A DNA stretch of 64,000 bases, from assembly GCA_035516965.1 (NCBI GenBank), contig DATIZR010000120.1, positions 967 to 64,966 of the forward strand, written 5' to 3'. Source of the stretch: Nitrospirota bacterium (GTDB lineage: Bacteria; Nitrospirota; UBA9217). A program made the position numbers and the translations under genes. The notes under the pieces are model-generated. The model had not been told where the DNA came from. It saw only the letters and a list, made by a program, of their open reading frames with translations, and ran no database searches. How positions within the stretch are numbered: position 1 is the first letter of the stretch; each line of letters starts with the position of its first letter. Positions 1 to 10,091 of this stretch are shown here, piece by piece.

Positions 1-32
1 CATCTACACCTGGCCGAACAGGATCATGCTGG

Positions 33-965
33 ATGAATAGCGAACAGGAAACAGCCCTGGGGAGGGATCATAGGATGCATGCCATGAAATCCGCGGTTCT
101 CCTTATGCTCGTCATGGCCCTGTGCGGCTGTGTCTGGAAGTCCGATTACCAGGCACGGCTCGCGGACATTGACAATCTGAAAAAGGACGTTTCGACAGGC
201 CAAGGCAAGATCTCAGCGTTACAGGCTGAAAAGGCGGCTTTTGCAACAGAGCTTGCGAAGCAGAAGAAGGACCTTGAAGATCTCACGGTCCGGAACAAGG
301 TCCTCTCCGACGACAACGCCGGTCTGAGCGGGCTTCTCAAGGCAAAACGGGACGAACTGAGCGTGAAGATCGCGTCGCTGCGGGAGCAGATGCTGCAAAA
401 AGAGCTGATATTGAACGCCAGGAATGCCGAGATCCAGGCGCTCAAACAGGAAAAGGAGCGGTCCATCTCCGAGCTGAAAAAGACTTATAACAGCCTGGTC
501 GGGGAAATGAACGAAGAGATCAGGAAGGGGGATATCACGATCACCCAACTCAGGGACAAGCTGTCCGTCAACATGGTGGAGAAGATCCTCTTCGACTCCG
601 GAAGCGCCGAGATCAGGAAAGACGGCAAAAAGGTGATCGACCGCGTTGCGGAGATCCTGCTCAACGTGACCGACAAGCAGATACGGGTCGAGGGATATAC
701 CGACAATGTTCCGGTCAGCCCGAGGCTTGCCGTCAAGTTTCCGACCAACTGGGAGCTTTCAACGGCACGTGCGACAACCGTCGCGCGCCATCTCCAGGAC
801 AGGGGCATCGATCCCAGGCTCCTGAGCGCCTGCGGTTATTCCGAATACCGGCCTGTTGCGCAGAATGATTCCGACGAGGGACGGGCCAGGAACAGAAGGA
901 TCGAGATATCGCTTGTTCCGAAGGACGTGGAGGGAGCAACACAACAGACGAGCGATAAGAAGTAG
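33..965 (+). CDS. OmpA-family peptidoglycan-associated lipoprotein with long N-terminal coiled coil
   Basis: 310-aa ORF. Signal/lipobox-like 'LLMLVMALCGC', so the real start is probably the internal Met near 75. K/E/L-rich heptad segment. C-terminal OmpA_C signature 'RVEGYTDNVPVS...TNWELSTARATTVARHL...NRRIEISL'. Confidence 0.85.
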   Translation: MNSEQETALGRDHRMHAMKSAVLLMLVMALCGCVWKSDYQARLADIDNLKKDVSTGQGKISALQAEKAAFATELAKQKKDLEDLTVRNKVLSDDNAGLSGLLKAKRDELSVKIASLREQMLQKELILNARNAEIQALKQEKERSISELKKTYNSLVGEMNEEIRKGDITITQLRDKLSVNMVEKILFDSGSAEIRKDGKKVIDRVAEILLNVTDKQIRVEGYTDNVPVSPRLAVKFPTNWELSTARATTVARHLQDRGIDPRLLSACGYSEYRPVAQNDSDEGRARNRRIEISLVPKDVEGATQQTSDKK

Positions 966-973
966 CGAGACGG

Positions 974-2671
974 TTATCGCACGGATGTCAGCGCGAGGAT
1001 CGCGTTCAGACTGACCTCGAAGGCCGCGCAGGGCATGGTGATCTGTTTGATCTCGAGCACGTCGGGCCGCACCTCGCCGATCATCCCGATTGCTTCCCCG
1101 GCAGCGACCACCTTTCCGCACCGGCCCTGCAGGAACAGCGGATGTTCGGCAGGCTCGAGCTTGTATTCCAATCCCAGATAATAGAGCAGGACGTCAAGGT
1201 GAGAATGCATCTCTGAGAAGTTCGCGCCCGGATGGGAGACCACGGCACCCAGACGCAGCTCAGTTCGTGACCCCATGTTTTCCGTGGCGTCGTACAATGC
1301 CGCCTCTCCCACCTCAAAGATCCGATGCGGATAGAACGCCTTGGAGCTTGTCGCCTCGACGTTCAAGAGCGACGGGATGATCAGGTTCCTGAGCACCGAG
1401 TAGGCCAGGGACATGACATTGGCCACCTCGACCAGCTTTTCTCCCGCTGGCATGGCGTACGCCAGCTCCTCCCGAGAGCAGAGGATGTTGGACATGATCT
1501 CCTGAAAACCGGAGCCCACCAGGAATCCCCTCACCCGGTCCGACAGCAGTTCGAGCCCCGAGAGCGACCCGACCGTGGATTGCTGCGGAAGCACCGGCTC
1601 AAAGGAATCGTATCCCCTGCTGATCGCGTAATCCTCCACGAGGTCCATGGGATGCATGATATCATCGCGGTACGGCGGCACGACAACGGAAACCCTGCCG
1701 CGGCCCGCGTTCACCTCGTGGCCATAGGACCGGAGACGCTTCTTCACGTCCTCCGCCGTCACGTTCTCACCCAGCCCCTTCGCGAAGTAGGACAGCGGCA
1801 CCGTGAATTTCCCCGACGTATCATAGGGGAACGTTATGCTTCTTCCGAGCTCCGTGGCATAGGGGTAGGTCACGAGGACCGGCTCGATGCCGGCTCCGCG
1901 ATCATAGAGGCTCGTTGCCAGAATGTTGAGGGTCAGAACGGTCATCCGCATGTCCGTCCCGGTCACTTCGATGAGCACGCTCCTCGTTCTTGATTTCACT
2001 TCCCCGATTTCCCTGCTGTTGATGATCGGGGGGAACGACAGCACCCGCCCCATGCCGTCGGTCAGGATCGGATATTTCTTGAAGGGTTTGACGATGTGGC
2101 CGTATTCAATGCCCTTGGGATGCCTTTCCAGGATCTGCGCGAGATCGAGCTTCTCCTCCATGCCGAGCGGCGTGAACGAGACCGACGCAGGCTCCGCCAG
2201 CCGGTAGTCCACGGGAAACACGATCCGGTTCAGCTCGTAGATGCCGATCGAGACGGTCGTCCGTTTCCTGCCGAAGATCTCGGCAAGCTTGTCCTGGCTC
2301 TGGATCATCTGGGCCAGGACATCATCGGTCATGCGCACATCGGAAGCGGTGCAGGCGGCGATATAGGGCCGGACCGCCTTCATCTCCTTCGAGACGCGGA
2401 TCTCCCGTGTCGCTTTCCTGCCGTGCTCGAAGAAGGGATACTCTTCGGGTTTTCCCGAAAGGGCGATCCGGACCTGACGTGCAATGCCCTCCGCCGACCA
2501 GAGATCGGGCCGGTTGCTGTCGGAAAGCTCGACCTTCAGGTCATCGGTCTGGGCGATGTACTCCTTGAGCTCTGCTTTCGCGAGCATGAGCTTTTTCTCG
2601 AGCACGGGAAGCGCAAGCTTCCTGCCGATGAGGGTGTCGAGATCGTTCTTCTTAATATCGATTGTTGGCAT
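974..2671 (-). CDS. pheT: phenylalanine--tRNA ligase beta subunit, short archaeal/eukaryal-type
   Basis: ORF 974..2743 trimmed to the ATG at 2671 ('MPTIDIKKNDLDTLIG'), giving about 565 aa rather than the ~800 aa of bacterial PheT. Lies 73 nt downstream of pheS on the same strand. Confidence 0.85.
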   Translation of the reverse strand: MPTIDIKKNDLDTLIGRKLALPVLEKKLMLAKAELKEYIAQTDDLKVELSDSNRPDLWSAEGIARQVRIALSGKPEEYPFFEHGRKATREIRVSKEMKAVRPYIAACTASDVRMTDDVLAQMIQSQDKLAEIFGRKRTTVSIGIYELNRIVFPVDYRLAEPASVSFTPLGMEEKLDLAQILERHPKGIEYGHIVKPFKKYPILTDGMGRVLSFPPIINSREIGEVKSRTRSVLIEVTGTDMRMTVLTLNILATSLYDRGAGIEPVLVTYPYATELGRSITFPYDTSGKFTVPLSYFAKGLGENVTAEDVKKRLRSYGHEVNAGRGRVSVVVPPYRDDIMHPMDLVEDYAISRGYDSFEPVLPQQSTVGSLSGLELLSDRVRGFLVGSGFQEIMSNILCSREELAYAMPAGEKLVEVANVMSLAYSVLRNLIIPSLLNVEATSSKAFYPHRIFEVGEAALYDATENMGSRTELRLGAVVSHPGANFSEMHSHLDVLLYYLGLEYKLEPAEHPLFLQGRCGKVVAAGEAIGMIGEVRPDVLEIKQITMPCAAFEVSLNAILALTSVR

Positions 2672-2744
2672 GGTTAGCGATGCTATCGTCATTCCTGCAT
2701 AAGACCTCGACAAGCTCAGCCAAGTCGCAGGAATTGAGAGCACC

Positions 2745-4310
2745 TCATCCTATTTGGATCTTCTTCGTCCTGATGAAATCAAGGTCCTTCGAGAACAGAT
2801 CGCGGATATCCTGGATCCCGAGGGCCACCATCGCCATGCGGTCCAGACCGAGCCCCCAGGCGATGACTGGCACGTTCACGCCGAGAGGAGCGGTCACCTC
2901 AGGCCGGAACATGCCCGCGCCGCCGAGTTCCATCCACCCCAGGTCCGGATGCTTCACATGCAACTCCACGGACGGCTCCGTGAACGGGAAATAGGCGGGC
3001 CTGAACTGGAATTCCCCTGCCTTGGCGATCTCCTGGCCAAAGAGCTTCAAGAGGCCCAGGAGCGTCTTAAAGTTGATCTCTTCGCCGAGCACGATGCCCT
3101 CAACCTGGTAGAAATCGGGCGCATGCGTGGCGTCGACGGCATCGTAGCGGAAGCACCGGGCGATGGAAAAGTATTTACCCGGGACCTTGGGGCCGGATGC
3201 GAGAGTCCGCGCTGACACGGCCGTACCCTGGCTCCGCAGGATGAGCCGCTTTGCCCGCTCGATGTCAAAGGGGTACCGCCAGCCCGTGGATCCCGTCTTG
3301 CCTCCGTCCTTGTGGGCCGAGGCGACGCGCCTGGCAAAGGGTTCTTCGATCTTCCTGCACTTCCCCGGCTCTTTCACAAAATACACATCGTGGATGTTCC
3401 GGGCGGGATGGAACTGGGGCATGAACAGGGCGTCCATGTCCCAGAACTCGTTCTCCACGAGGGGTCCGCGCATCTCCTCGAACCCCATGCCGATGAACTT
3501 GTACTTCACGAAATCCAGGAACTCCCGGTACGGGTGCTTCCGGCCGATGCTCTGGCGGGGCGGATTGAGCGAGATGTTGTAGGCGCGGAACTTCTTGTTC
3601 TTCCAGCTGCCCTGCTTCAGCATCTCCGGCGTGAGCATCGAGGCCTCTTCGGTGACCGCCCCCCGCTCCCTGATCAGCCTGACCAGTTCCCAGCCATCAG
3701 GCGTGAGAGGGAAGGAGCGGTTCTTCTTCTCAATGATCCTGAAGATGCCCTTCGCTTTGCCCCGCTTGTGAAAGTTTGACTGGATTGCTTCCCGTTCCTG
3801 GTCGCTGAATGTCGACAGGCCGGCCTGATCGAACCCCGCAATTTTCTTGATGAGGCCCGTGAGGAATGCATAAGGAGCAAGCTCCGCCCCCGGTGCAAGA
3901 ACGAGGATGCCGCCCTGCGCTATCTGGATGGCCTTTGACTCCTTGAGCGCGCCCACGGCAGAGCTGACTTCCGTGGGGTCCATCCCCCAGGACTGTATGA
4001 CATCCTTGACGGTAAACTGCTTTCCTTCCCGCAGCGCATGGATAATGCGCATCTCGGGCGTTCCTTTTTCAAAGTATTCCCTGCCTGTTTCCGTGAGAGA
4101 AACGAAGGAATCGATTGATTCATCTTTCACCTCGAGCAGGCCCTTGGCCTGGAGCCACCCGGAGGCCATGTCGATGCGGGACCCGTCGAGGCCGGACGAT
4201 TTTTGGAGTTCAGAGGACGAAAGGGGTTCGGGGCGGTCCAGGCTGAGGAGCAGCTTATGCTCGAGCGGATGCAGGCTTTCTAGCAGTTTTTGAAGGTCTG
4301 ATGTCGCCAT
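2745..4310 (-). CDS. pheS: phenylalanine--tRNA ligase alpha subunit, long archaeal/eukaryal-type
   Basis: 521 aa. Class II aaRS core at the C-terminus ('FRPAYFPFTEPSVE', 'ELGGAGMFRPEV', 'AWGLGLDRMAM'). About 200-aa N-terminal extension that is absent from ~340-aa bacterial PheS. Confidence 0.9.
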   Translation of the reverse strand: MATSDLQKLLESLHPLEHKLLLSLDRPEPLSSSELQKSSGLDGSRIDMASGWLQAKGLLEVKDESIDSFVSLTETGREYFEKGTPEMRIIHALREGKQFTVKDVIQSWGMDPTEVSSAVGALKESKAIQIAQGGILVLAPGAELAPYAFLTGLIKKIAGFDQAGLSTFSDQEREAIQSNFHKRGKAKGIFRIIEKKNRSFPLTPDGWELVRLIRERGAVTEEASMLTPEMLKQGSWKNKKFRAYNISLNPPRQSIGRKHPYREFLDFVKYKFIGMGFEEMRGPLVENEFWDMDALFMPQFHPARNIHDVYFVKEPGKCRKIEEPFARRVASAHKDGGKTGSTGWRYPFDIERAKRLILRSQGTAVSARTLASGPKVPGKYFSIARCFRYDAVDATHAPDFYQVEGIVLGEEINFKTLLGLLKLFGQEIAKAGEFQFRPAYFPFTEPSVELHVKHPDLGWMELGGAGMFRPEVTAPLGVNVPVIAWGLGLDRMAMVALGIQDIRDLFSKDLDFIRTKKIQIG

Positions 4311-4397
4311 AAGATGCGGACAAGACTACGTTGAATGACGAAAATTGTCAAGAAAAAACAGATTGACGGGGCTTCTGGCGGTGTGATAAGGTGAGCC

Positions 4398-4817
4398 ATG
4401 ACAAACGCCAAGATCAAGCCGAGGCTCATCAGCACGCTTCTGTGCGATGACGTGCGCCACGAGGTAGGCGGCAAATTCAGCCTGATGGGTCTGTTCGAGA
4501 GCATTTATGCAAACGCTTTCCCGGCGATACATCACCGGTTCGCCATCATGAACGAATGGACCGGCGGTAAAGGCGAATTCCGGGCCCGGATCAGGCTCCT
4601 CTCGCCGAACCAGCAGCAGGTCCTGTCAGAGTCGGAATCGACCATGAGCCTGTTCAACGAAACCCAGCGCCACCGCGACATTTCCGTCCGTTTCAATACG
4701 CCTTTTGCTTCGCCCGGCACCTACTGGGTCGAGATGCTGATCGACAATGAACGTACGGCCCTCGTTCCCCTTCCCGTCCAGGTGATCTCCGACAAGAATG
4801 CCACGAATGTGCATTGA
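4398..4817 (+). CDS. hypothetical protein (small, soluble)
   Basis: 139-aa ORF with 'AAGGTGA' 4 nt upstream of the ATG. It is the only sizeable plus-strand ORF here not antisense to a recognisable gene. No family recognised by eye. Confidence 0.5.
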   Translation: MTNAKIKPRLISTLLCDDVRHEVGGKFSLMGLFESIYANAFPAIHHRFAIMNEWTGGKGEFRARIRLLSPNQQQVLSESESTMSLFNETQRHRDISVRFNTPFASPGTYWVEMLIDNERTALVPLPVQVISDKNATNVH

Positions 4818-4843
4818 ATGCCCACGGACAGCCGCTCTGAGCG

Positions 4844-5482
4844 CTACTCAAGCGTAATGAACGGTGTAATCCCCTCCTTGGTCTGGACCTCTTTCTGCAT
4901 CTTCTCCGCGGAAGCCTTGCTTGAGTAGCTTCCGAGCCTAACCCGGAACCACGTTCCCTTGCCCGTTACCTCCGACGCCACAATGAAAGCGGCATATCCG
5001 TGCTGCTTCATCTTCTTCACATCCGCTTCCGCCATCTCTTTTTCCTGGTATGACGCCAGCTGGAGCGTATACCGCATCTTCGGGTTCGACTCGCGGATCA
5101 CGACGTGTTCCTTCTTTGCGGTCGTCTCCCTGTTGGGTGACGTTTCTGTTTTGTCAGGTCTGATCTCGGCGCTGCTCTCTTTTTTTGAAGAGCCGGCCTT
5201 TTCCTTCACGCCGGGCGTCTCTCCCTCCTGCTTCGGTTTCAGTTCGATCGATACTGTTTTGTTCCCTTTGTCTGATAATGTTTTGAAAAAAGTGAAGTCC
5301 TTCTCCTTCGGCAGGCTCTCGGAAACGACTTCCGGCAGGGGGACCACGATTTCATTCCGGTTCGTCTTGCTCTGGTATTTCCCCACGTAGTATCCGAGAA
5401 AGAAAAAACCCGCCATCAGGCAGACGCCGATGGGTATGATGAAAAGCTTGGATATGATGCCGCCTCGCTGGTTGTTGATCAT
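4844..5482 (-). CDS. SPOR domain-containing membrane protein
   Basis: N-terminal TM helix 'LFIIPIGVCLMAGFFFLGYYV', a low-complexity K/E/T linker, and a C-terminal SPOR-like 'YTLQLASYQEKEMAEADVKKMKQHGYAAFIV...WFRVRLGSYSSKASAEKM'. Confidence 0.75.
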   Translation of the reverse strand: MINNQRGGIISKLFIIPIGVCLMAGFFFLGYYVGKYQSKTNRNEIVVPLPEVVSESLPKEKDFTFFKTLSDKGNKTVSIELKPKQEGETPGVKEKAGSSKKESSAEIRPDKTETSPNRETTAKKEHVVIRESNPKMRYTLQLASYQEKEMAEADVKKMKQHGYAAFIVASEVTGKGTWFRVRLGSYSSKASAEKMQKEVQTKEGITPFITLE

Positions 5483-5563
5483 GCTTATCTTCCCTCACCC
5501 GGGTCATCCTGGAGCGAATGGATCCAGGGTTTCTTGTTCTCGTTTTTTTTGTGCACACCAAAG

Positions 5564-6607
5564 TTACAGAATCAGCATCGCATCGCCATAACTATAAAAA
5601 CGATATTTCTCAGATATTGCGGTTTTGTACGCGGCGAGGACCTGCTCGCGCCCCGCAAATGCCGCCACCAGCATGAGCAGCGTTGATTTGGGAAGATGAA
5701 AATTAGTGATCATGCCGCGCGTGACCCTGAACCGGAACCCGGGATAAATGAAGAGTTCAGATTTTCCCGTGCCGGGATGTACCTGTCCGTCGTCTGCAAC
5801 CGCGCTCTCCATGGTTCGGACGCTCGTCGTCCCGACGGCGATCACTCGTCGTCCTTCGGCGCCGGCCCGGTTCATGGCGGACGCGGCGTCCTCCAAAATA
5901 ACATACTGCTCCGGATGCATGCGGTGTCCGGTGATCATCTCATTCTTGACGGGCTGGAAGGTGCCCGGCCCGACATGCAGCGTTATCGCTGTTTGCTGGA
6001 TTCCCTTTGCCTGAAGGTTTTCGAGCAGCCCGGGAGTGAAGTGGAGACCGGCGGTGGGAGCTGCCACTGCGCCCTCGTGCATCGCGTAGACCGTTTGATA
6101 GCGCTCTTTGTCCGCGCTCACGGGTTCCCTTTTTATGTAGGGCGGAAGCGGAGTCCTGCCGATCTCGGGAAGAAGCGTCCTGATGTCAGCAATCCCCCTG
6201 AACCGGACATCCCTCGTGCCGTCGTTCTTGTCTGCAATGATCTCGGCCTCGACTCCCGGCCGCAGGGTTACCGTCTTTCCTGTGGACAGGCCTCCCCTCA
6301 CGAGCGCATTCCAGATGTTGACGTCCCGTTCAGCGAGAAGAAATATCTCCGCCTTTCCGCCCCACTTTTTCTGGCCAAGCAGACGGCAGGGAAAGACCTT
6401 CGTATTGTTCAAGACGATAAGGTCCCCCGGGATGAGATACCGCCCGATGTCCGAAAAGAGACGATGTTCAATCCGGCCGCTCCTGCGGTCAAATACCATG
6501 AGGCGCGAACGGTCGCGCACACCGCAGGGTTCCTGAGCTATGAGCGCTTCCGGGAGGTCGTAATCAAAATCAGCAAGGCTCAGGTATTCTTTTTCAGCGG
6601 ACATCAT
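5564..6607 (-). CDS. queA: S-adenosylmethionine:tRNA ribosyltransferase-isomerase
   Basis: ORF trimmed to the ATG at 6607 ('MMSAEKEYLSLADFDYDLPEALIAQEP'). Contains 'SRLMVFDR', 'PLPPYIKR', 'AAPTAGLHFT' and 'AVGTTSVRTMES'. Confidence 0.92.
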   Translation of the reverse strand: MMSAEKEYLSLADFDYDLPEALIAQEPCGVRDRSRLMVFDRRSGRIEHRLFSDIGRYLIPGDLIVLNNTKVFPCRLLGQKKWGGKAEIFLLAERDVNIWNALVRGGLSTGKTVTLRPGVEAEIIADKNDGTRDVRFRGIADIRTLLPEIGRTPLPPYIKREPVSADKERYQTVYAMHEGAVAAPTAGLHFTPGLLENLQAKGIQQTAITLHVGPGTFQPVKNEMITGHRMHPEQYVILEDAASAMNRAGAEGRRVIAVGTTSVRTMESAVADDGQVHPGTGKSELFIYPGFRFRVTRGMITNFHLPKSTLLMLVAAFAGREQVLAAYKTAISEKYRFYSYGDAMLIL

Positions 6608-6722
6608 GGGGGGATAGTACCACAAGAGGATGGAAATTCCAAATGTGAACCGGACGTGGATCAAGGAACCGGGGGCACGTACGTCATGGGCAGCATCCGC
6701 AAGCGGTCAGGGGATATTGAGG

Positions 6723-7946
6723 TCACTCCAGTGAGCGCTTCCATCCCCGGTCGAATTCCTCGTAGGAGATCATCAGAGCCTTGTCGATCGCCTTTCCCGT
6801 ATCTGCGCCACTGCCCAGTTGCTCCAGCACCATCTTGACCCGGTACATCCCAAAGGTGTCGACCGCATAGCGGATCGAGGACAGGCTGAACAGATAGGCA
6901 TAGAACGCCTGATCGTTGTTCAGGCTCATAAAGGAGCCTTCGAGATCGGAAAGCGAGGGCAGTTTTCCCGACTGGGCCATCCTTCTCATTATTTCCCGCT
7001 GATGCGCATCGATCTCGCGTCCCTCGAAGTACTGCGCCAGCCCTTCATTGATCCAGGTGGGACAGCGGGGTACGATCGACCGGACCACCGCATGCGTGTA
7101 TTCGTGGAACAGGAGCTTCCTGAGACCCGGGGTCTCCTTCTCGATCCCTCCGATCGGGATCCGGATCTTGCCGTCAAAGATACCGCCGCTCCATCCCGGT
7201 GCGTCCGTCACCTCCTGAAACTGCTGGCTGGAGTAGAGGATCACCTGGATCTCACGATCGGGATAATAAGCGAGCCCTCTGCCGACCTCACCATACGCAT
7301 CTTCGAGGATACGGAGGACGATCTTTCCCGCTTCTATCTTTTCCCGTCCCTCATACTTGACGAGAAAGTGGCTGGTCACATCGCGGTTGAAGTCCTTTTC
7401 GGTCTGATGCTCACGGCGGATACGCTCGAGCCGCGCCCGCACCTCGCTCGATGAAGGGTTCAGCTCAGCGGCACGCTCCCAGTCCTGTGCCGCTTCCTCG
7501 AGGTTGTCCTGACGGTAATGCACTTCGCCGAGCCATTGGTAGGTTTCCCACGAGTTCGGCGAGATGCCCGCCGCCCTCGTCAGTTCCCGTTCCGCACCGG
7601 TATCGTCCCCGAGATGGAAATATGCCAGGCCAAGGCCGAGATGCGCCGCTGCGTCGTCATCGATGTACTGGAGCGCCTCCCTGAATGCGTCCCGTGCGGC
7701 CTGATAATCGCCGGCTTTCATCTGCTGATGACCGTTCTTGACGCACCGGATGTAGGTGTTCTGAGCCGCACTTTCAGGAAATGCCGGTTCAGGAGCAGCG
7801 AACAGCACGAATGATGCCGCCAGCAACGCAAGAAATCGATGGGTTCCCGTTCCTTCGCGCGGGGCGTCTGGTGAACCTGTTCTTCTTGCCATTCCGATCA
7901 TGTACCCCTGTCCTCGCCTCCCGGCAGCCATCCTGCCGTTCTCCAT
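6723..7946 (-). CDS. secreted TPR-repeat protein with HExxH (peptidase MA-like) C-terminal domain
   Basis: Signal-like 'FLALLAASFVLFAAPEPAFP'. TPR-like repeats ('GDYQAARDAFREAL', 'AAHLGLGLAYFHLGD', 'ETYQWLGEVHYRQDNLEEA'). Zinc motif 'LLFHEYTHAVV'. The start codon is uncertain. Confidence 0.6.
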   Translation of the reverse strand: MENGRMAAGRRGQGYMIGMARRTGSPDAPREGTGTHRFLALLAASFVLFAAPEPAFPESAAQNTYIRCVKNGHQQMKAGDYQAARDAFREALQYIDDDAAAHLGLGLAYFHLGDDTGAERELTRAAGISPNSWETYQWLGEVHYRQDNLEEAAQDWERAAELNPSSSEVRARLERIRREHQTEKDFNRDVTSHFLVKYEGREKIEAGKIVLRILEDAYGEVGRGLAYYPDREIQVILYSSQQFQEVTDAPGWSGGIFDGKIRIPIGGIEKETPGLRKLLFHEYTHAVVRSIVPRCPTWINEGLAQYFEGREIDAHQREIMRRMAQSGKLPSLSDLEGSFMSLNNDQAFYAYLFSLSSIRYAVDTFGMYRVKMVLEQLGSGADTGKAIDKALMISYEEFDRGWKRSLE

Positions 7947-7962
7947 CCGCTTTCCGATATCA

Positions 7963-8361
7963 TCAATCCCTCGTCACCTTTACCATCACCCGGCGGTCCC
8001 GCGGCCCGTCGAATTCGCAGAGGAAAACCGCCTGCCACGTACCGAGCGCGAGCCGCCCTTCCTCGACCATGACCGTTTGCGACACTCCGATAATGCTCGC
8101 CTTGATGTGTGCGGCAGAATTCCCTTCGCTGTGGCCGTAATGGTCCTCAAAGGGGATCACCTTGTTCAGTTCTTTCAGGATGTCTCGGCCGACGTTCGGG
8201 TCGGAATTTTCGTTGATCGTGACCGCGGAGGTCGTATGGGGCACATAGAGATGGCAGACGCCCGAGCGGACCCCGCTCTCTGCCACCAGCCGCTGGATGC
8301 CCGGGGTAATGTCGACCAGTTCGGTCCTCGAGTTCGTTTTTACGCGCAGCTGCTTGATCAT
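7963..8361 (-). CDS. yjbQ: YjbQ/UPF0047 family protein (secondary thiamine-phosphate synthase-like)
   Basis: 132 aa. Contains 'VDITPGIQRLV', 'HLYVPHTTSAVTINENSDPNV', 'GHSEGNSAAHIKASIIG' and 'LGTWQAVFLCEFDGPR'. Confidence 0.85.
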   Translation of the reverse strand: MIKQLRVKTNSRTELVDITPGIQRLVAESGVRSGVCHLYVPHTTSAVTINENSDPNVGRDILKELNKVIPFEDHYGHSEGNSAAHIKASIIGVSQTVMVEEGRLALGTWQAVFLCEFDGPRDRRVMVKVTRD

Positions 8362-8430
8362 GAAAATGCCTCCTGACGATAATCGGGATAGTGATAACGG
8401 GCCGGAGCGCGAATAGGGTCGTGCTCCCGC

Positions 8431-10071
8431 TTACAGGGCCTCTATGCCCACGTCCTCCCGGCCCCTGACACGCTTTTCCTCCACGATCGGGTAGATGATG
8501 TGAGTGATAAGTGAATTGATCCGCGCCAGGTTGCCGATCAGGTCCAGGTGAATGTGGCTGGTCTCGATGGATTCGCGAAACCCCTTTCGCAGGCGGTCGA
8601 GATGCGCCTGGACCAGTTCCCGCTCAAGCGCCCCCAGCTCCTCCTTGGCACGCAGCACGCGGTCCGCGAGATCCCGGTCGTTGCCCGAGAATGCCGTGAC
8701 GGCAATATCGAAGTTTTCCAGGACCTTTTTGTGGAACGCAATGATCTCGTCGAGCCCTTCCTGCGAGAAGGTGATCCCCTTCTTGATCCTCTTGAGCGCG
8801 AGCGGCATGACGTTGCGGTCGACGATGTCCCCGATGCTTTCGAGGTCGCGGCTTATTTCAAGCACGGTCATGGCACGCCGTGTCTGTGATTCCGTCAGGT
8901 GACCCGATGACAGCCGCGTGATATAGAGGCGAATGTGACGGTCGAGAAGATCGATCAGGTTGTCCTTGTCCTTGATGGCGCTGATCGTGGAGGGATCGTC
9001 CGTCTGGAAGACCGTGACCGAGTCCACGAGCATCTCCCGCACGATATCCGACGCTCGGAGCGCTTCGCGCGTCGCCTGGCCCAGCGCGATCGCCGGCGTT
9101 CCCAGAACGTGCTCGTCGAGATAGAGCGGCCCGAACTTCTTCTCTTCGGCCTTCTCGGGGACGAGATGGATGATCAGCTTCGCAAAGAGCCCGGTGAGCG
9201 GGAGGAACAGGACCGCGATGATCACGTTGAACAGCGTATGGGCGTTCGCGATCTGGCGCGGAAGGTCGGACGCCGTCGACGCCACGAGGGTCTCGTAGGG
9301 GCCGAGGAACGGCAGGAAAAGGATGACGCCGAATACTTTGAACAGGACGTGTGCCCAGGCCACGCGGCGGGCCTCCGCGGGCGACCGCAGGCTGGCGATG
9401 AGTGCCGTTGCGCAGGTTCCGATGTTCGCCCCCAGCACGATAGAGATCGCGGCAGGGAGCGGGATGAGGCCGCTTTTTGCGAGCGCCAGGGCGATCCCCA
9501 TGGTCGCCGCACTGCTGAGAATGAACGCTGTCAGAACGGCCGCAAGGACGATGCCGATGAACGGAGTCTCCGAGAGGACGGCGAACACCTGACGGAACAG
9601 CTCGTTCCCCTGAAGCGGCTCCATCGCCTCGATCATGATCTTGAGCGAGAGAAACACGAAACCGAACCCGAGCAGCCCGTCGCCTACGCTGAGGGAAAAG
9701 CGTTTTTTCGAAAATAAAACAAGCGCCAGGCCGGCGCCGATGATGAGGATCGCATAGTCGGTGATGTGGAATGCGATGAGCTGCACCGTGAGCGTGGCGC
9801 CGATGTCGGCGCCGAGGACCACGGCAAGCGTCTGGCGGAAGGTCATCAGGCCGGCGCTGACGAACCCCACGAGCATGACCGACGTCGCGCTGCTCGACTG
9901 GATGAGCCCCGTGAGGAATGCGCCCGCTCCGACGGCGGACAGGCGGTTGCTCGTCAGGGAACGCAGCAGAGAACGGATCTTCGATCCCGCGGCGTTTTGG
10001 AGGCCGTCATTCAGGAGCCTGATGCCGTAGAGGAGCAGGAGAACCCCTCCGAAGAGGCTTACGATGATCAT
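8431..10071 (-). CDS. Na/Pi cotransporter family protein with C-terminal PhoU-like domain
   Basis: 546 aa. Duplicated 'GA(D/N)IG(A/T)' transporter motifs ('VLGADIGATLT', 'VLGANIGTCATA') in a polytopic N-terminal half. Helical PhoU-like C-terminal half. Confidence 0.85.
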   Translation of the reverse strand: MIIVSLFGGVLLLLYGIRLLNDGLQNAAGSKIRSLLRSLTSNRLSAVGAGAFLTGLIQSSSATSVMLVGFVSAGLMTFRQTLAVVLGADIGATLTVQLIAFHITDYAILIIGAGLALVLFSKKRFSLSVGDGLLGFGFVFLSLKIMIEAMEPLQGNELFRQVFAVLSETPFIGIVLAAVLTAFILSSAATMGIALALAKSGLIPLPAAISIVLGANIGTCATALIASLRSPAEARRVAWAHVLFKVFGVILFLPFLGPYETLVASTASDLPRQIANAHTLFNVIIAVLFLPLTGLFAKLIIHLVPEKAEEKKFGPLYLDEHVLGTPAIALGQATREALRASDIVREMLVDSVTVFQTDDPSTISAIKDKDNLIDLLDRHIRLYITRLSSGHLTESQTRRAMTVLEISRDLESIGDIVDRNVMPLALKRIKKGITFSQEGLDEIIAFHKKVLENFDIAVTAFSGNDRDLADRVLRAKEELGALERELVQAHLDRLRKGFRESIETSHIHLDLIGNLARINSLITHIIYPIVEEKRVRGREDVGIEAL

Positions 10072-10091
10072 GGAAGCACTATGCCCATTTT

